Shown: positions 15,907-17,396 of the stretch, one piece after another | Numbering within the stretch: position 1 is the stretch's first letter | Layout of the letters: every line of letters begins with the position of its first letter | Origin: Arcobacteraceae bacterium | GTDB lineage: Bacteria > Campylobacterota > Campylobacteria > Campylobacterales > Arcobacteraceae | Length of the DNA stretch: 17,396 nt | NCBI GenBank assembly: GCA_965224485.1 | Contig: CBDCZH010000002.1 | Span: 1 to 17,396 of the forward strand | Reading direction: 5' to 3' | Notes under the pieces: model-generated | Database searches by the model: none | What the model was told of the DNA's origin: nothing | The model's input: only the letters and a program-made list of their open reading frames with translations | Program-made: the position numbers and the translations under genes

Positions 15907-16758
15907 TTGACCTATATCGTTCCTAATACTTTTATTGAAAATAAAGATGCTAAGCTAAAAAAAATTGATTGTTTATACTATCTGGATTACAGTACACAAA
16001 AAAAGAATGATTTTATTTCTTTTAGAACGACTATGCATTGTTTGATTGTTCTAATAGAGGGTTCAAAAATAATACATTTTAAAGATCAAGATTTTTGGCT
16101 TGAAGAAAATGAAGTATGTTTTTTAACACAAAATAACTATTTTATGAGCGAAAGACTGGCTCTTAATTCAAAGTATAAATCTCTAGTAATATATTTTGAT
16201 GACAAATTTATTTTTGAATTTCTAAAAAAATATAAGATTGAAGTTAATGCTAGTAAAGAAAAAGATATTGTAAAAGTGCAGACCTTAGATGATAAATTCT
16301 TAAAAAATAGTATTGAAATCTTGCAAGAGTATGTTCGTCAAGATTTAGATGAAAATATTTTAAAACTTAAAATAGAAGAAATTATTTTACACAGTCTTAG
16401 AATAAATAAAAAGGATTTTTTGGCGTATTTAAATACAATAAAACTTAGTAGTGGAAGTAGAAATAGGTTTATTCTTGAATCTAATATTGATGTAATTCAA
16501 AATCTTGATGATATGTGTAAACTAATAAGAATGAGTCCCAATCAACTAAGAAACTATATTAAACGCGAATATAACTTAAGTCCAAAAGTCTGGTTAGATA
16601 AAAAGAGACTAGAACAAGCATCTATGATGTTAAAAAATACTGATAAAACAATAAGTGAAATATCTAGCGATATTGGTTATTCAACCGTATCTTGGTTTAT
16701 TTCTCAATTTAAAAAACACTACAATCTTACTCCTAAAGAATTCCGATATAAAACGTAA
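15907..16758 (+). CDS. AraC-family transcriptional regulator
   Basis: C-terminal double HTH (SPKVWL..KRLEQA..ML, ISEIS..IGYSTVSWFISQFKKHY..TPKEFR). TTG start with AAGGA RBS. Confidence 0.93.
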   Translation: MTYIVPNTFIENKDAKLKKIDCLYYLDYSTQKKNDFISFRTTMHCLIVLIEGSKIIHFKDQDFWLEENEVCFLTQNNYFMSERLALNSKYKSLVIYFDDKFIFEFLKKYKIEVNASKEKDIVKVQTLDDKFLKNSIEILQEYVRQDLDENILKLKIEEIILHSLRINKKDFLAYLNTIKLSSGSRNRFILESNIDVIQNLDDMCKLIRMSPNQLRNYIKREYNLSPKVWLDKKRLEQASMMLKNTDKTISEISSDIGYSTVSWFISQFKKHYNLTPKEFRYKT

Positions 16759-16822
16759 GTTTTCTTGTACTTTGCAATTTTTATTTTTTGTATTATGTTC
16801 GTATATAAACAAAAGGAACACT

Positions 16823-17371
16823 ATGAATATAAAGTTTAAAAAATTAATTTTGGGGCTATTGCTTACAATATCTAGCTCAAGTATCTTTGCAGAAGGTTTT
16901 ACATTAAAAAGTAAAGACCTAAGTGGTCAAACCTCAAAATTACAAGTATTTAATGGTTTTGGATGCAAGGGAGATAATATCTCTCCTCACTTGTCTTGGG
17001 AAAATGCACCCAAAGGAACTAAAAGTTTTGCTATTACTATGTATGATCCTGACGCACCTACTGGAAGTGGTTGGTGGCATTGGTTGGTTTTTGACATTGA
17101 AAAAAATACTAGCAGTATACCTGCAAATGCGAGTGCAAGAAATGCTCTTCCTTTAAACAGTATAGAAAGCAAAAATGATTACAGCACTACAAATTTTGGT
17201 GGTTCTTGTCCTCCAAAAGGAGATAAAACGCATATGTACCTTACTACTATTCATGCACTTGATGTAGTTAGCTTAGGGTTAGATAATAAAGCGAATCCTG
17301 CTTTAGTTGGTTATATGATTAATGCTCACACCCTTAAAAAAAGTTCACTAGTAACCTATTACAAACGATAA
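16823..17371 (+). CDS. YbhB/YbcL-family (PEBP / Raf-kinase-inhibitor-like) periplasmic protein
   Basis: GC.G.N.SP.LSW, YDPDAPTGSGWWHW and G.CPP.GD..H.Y motifs. Start moved to ATG 16823 (AAGGA RBS, signal peptide). Confidence 0.93.
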   Translation: MNIKFKKLILGLLLTISSSSIFAEGFTLKSKDLSGQTSKLQVFNGFGCKGDNISPHLSWENAPKGTKSFAITMYDPDAPTGSGWWHWLVFDIEKNTSSIPANASARNALPLNSIESKNDYSTTNFGGSCPPKGDKTHMYLTTIHALDVVSLGLDNKANPALVGYMINAHTLKKSSLVTYYKR

Positions 17372-17396
17372 ATTCTATTAATGAAGAAAAAAGATT

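Noticed and set aside
16655..17172. Long start at 16655 and ORFs at 16923 and 16987
   Set aside because: The extension overlaps the AraC gene, and ATG 16823 has the RBS and signal peptide. The others are overlapping shadows.
15907..17371. AraC + YbhB/YbcL pair as a novel system
   Set aside because: A known pairing (compare E. coli ybcL-ybcM). Nothing unusual seen.

Overview
AT-rich bacterial DNA. AAGGA-type RBSs, TATAAT promoters and gene content suggest Campylobacterota/Arcobacteraceae (inference). The left ~8 kb is an accessory region. An integron-like array has an attI-like site at ~800, two ~130-bp attC sites and three cassettes: a 475-aa HEPN-like protein, two small membrane peptides plus a RelE/ParE toxin-antitoxin pair, and a 120-aa membrane protein. 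No intI lies in the window. Two direct copies of one IS110 element bracket the array. The second copy (4245-7089, minus strand) is interrupted by a nested DDE IS (16-bp TIRs, 9-bp TSD) but keeps a bridge-RNA region whose guides can be read from sequence. The target-loop guides match both strands of a REP-like palindrome (TACCCCTGGGGTA), present three times intact and once as a half-site at the IS junction. The donor-loop guide matches the element's own right end. The right ~9 kb is ordinary: DUF1772, M14 peptidase, DUF4197, tag, a TPR protein, a thioredoxin-like protein, a broken BCCT transporter, a small conserved protein, AraC and YbhB/YbcL. Some local duplications and indels may be assembly errors.
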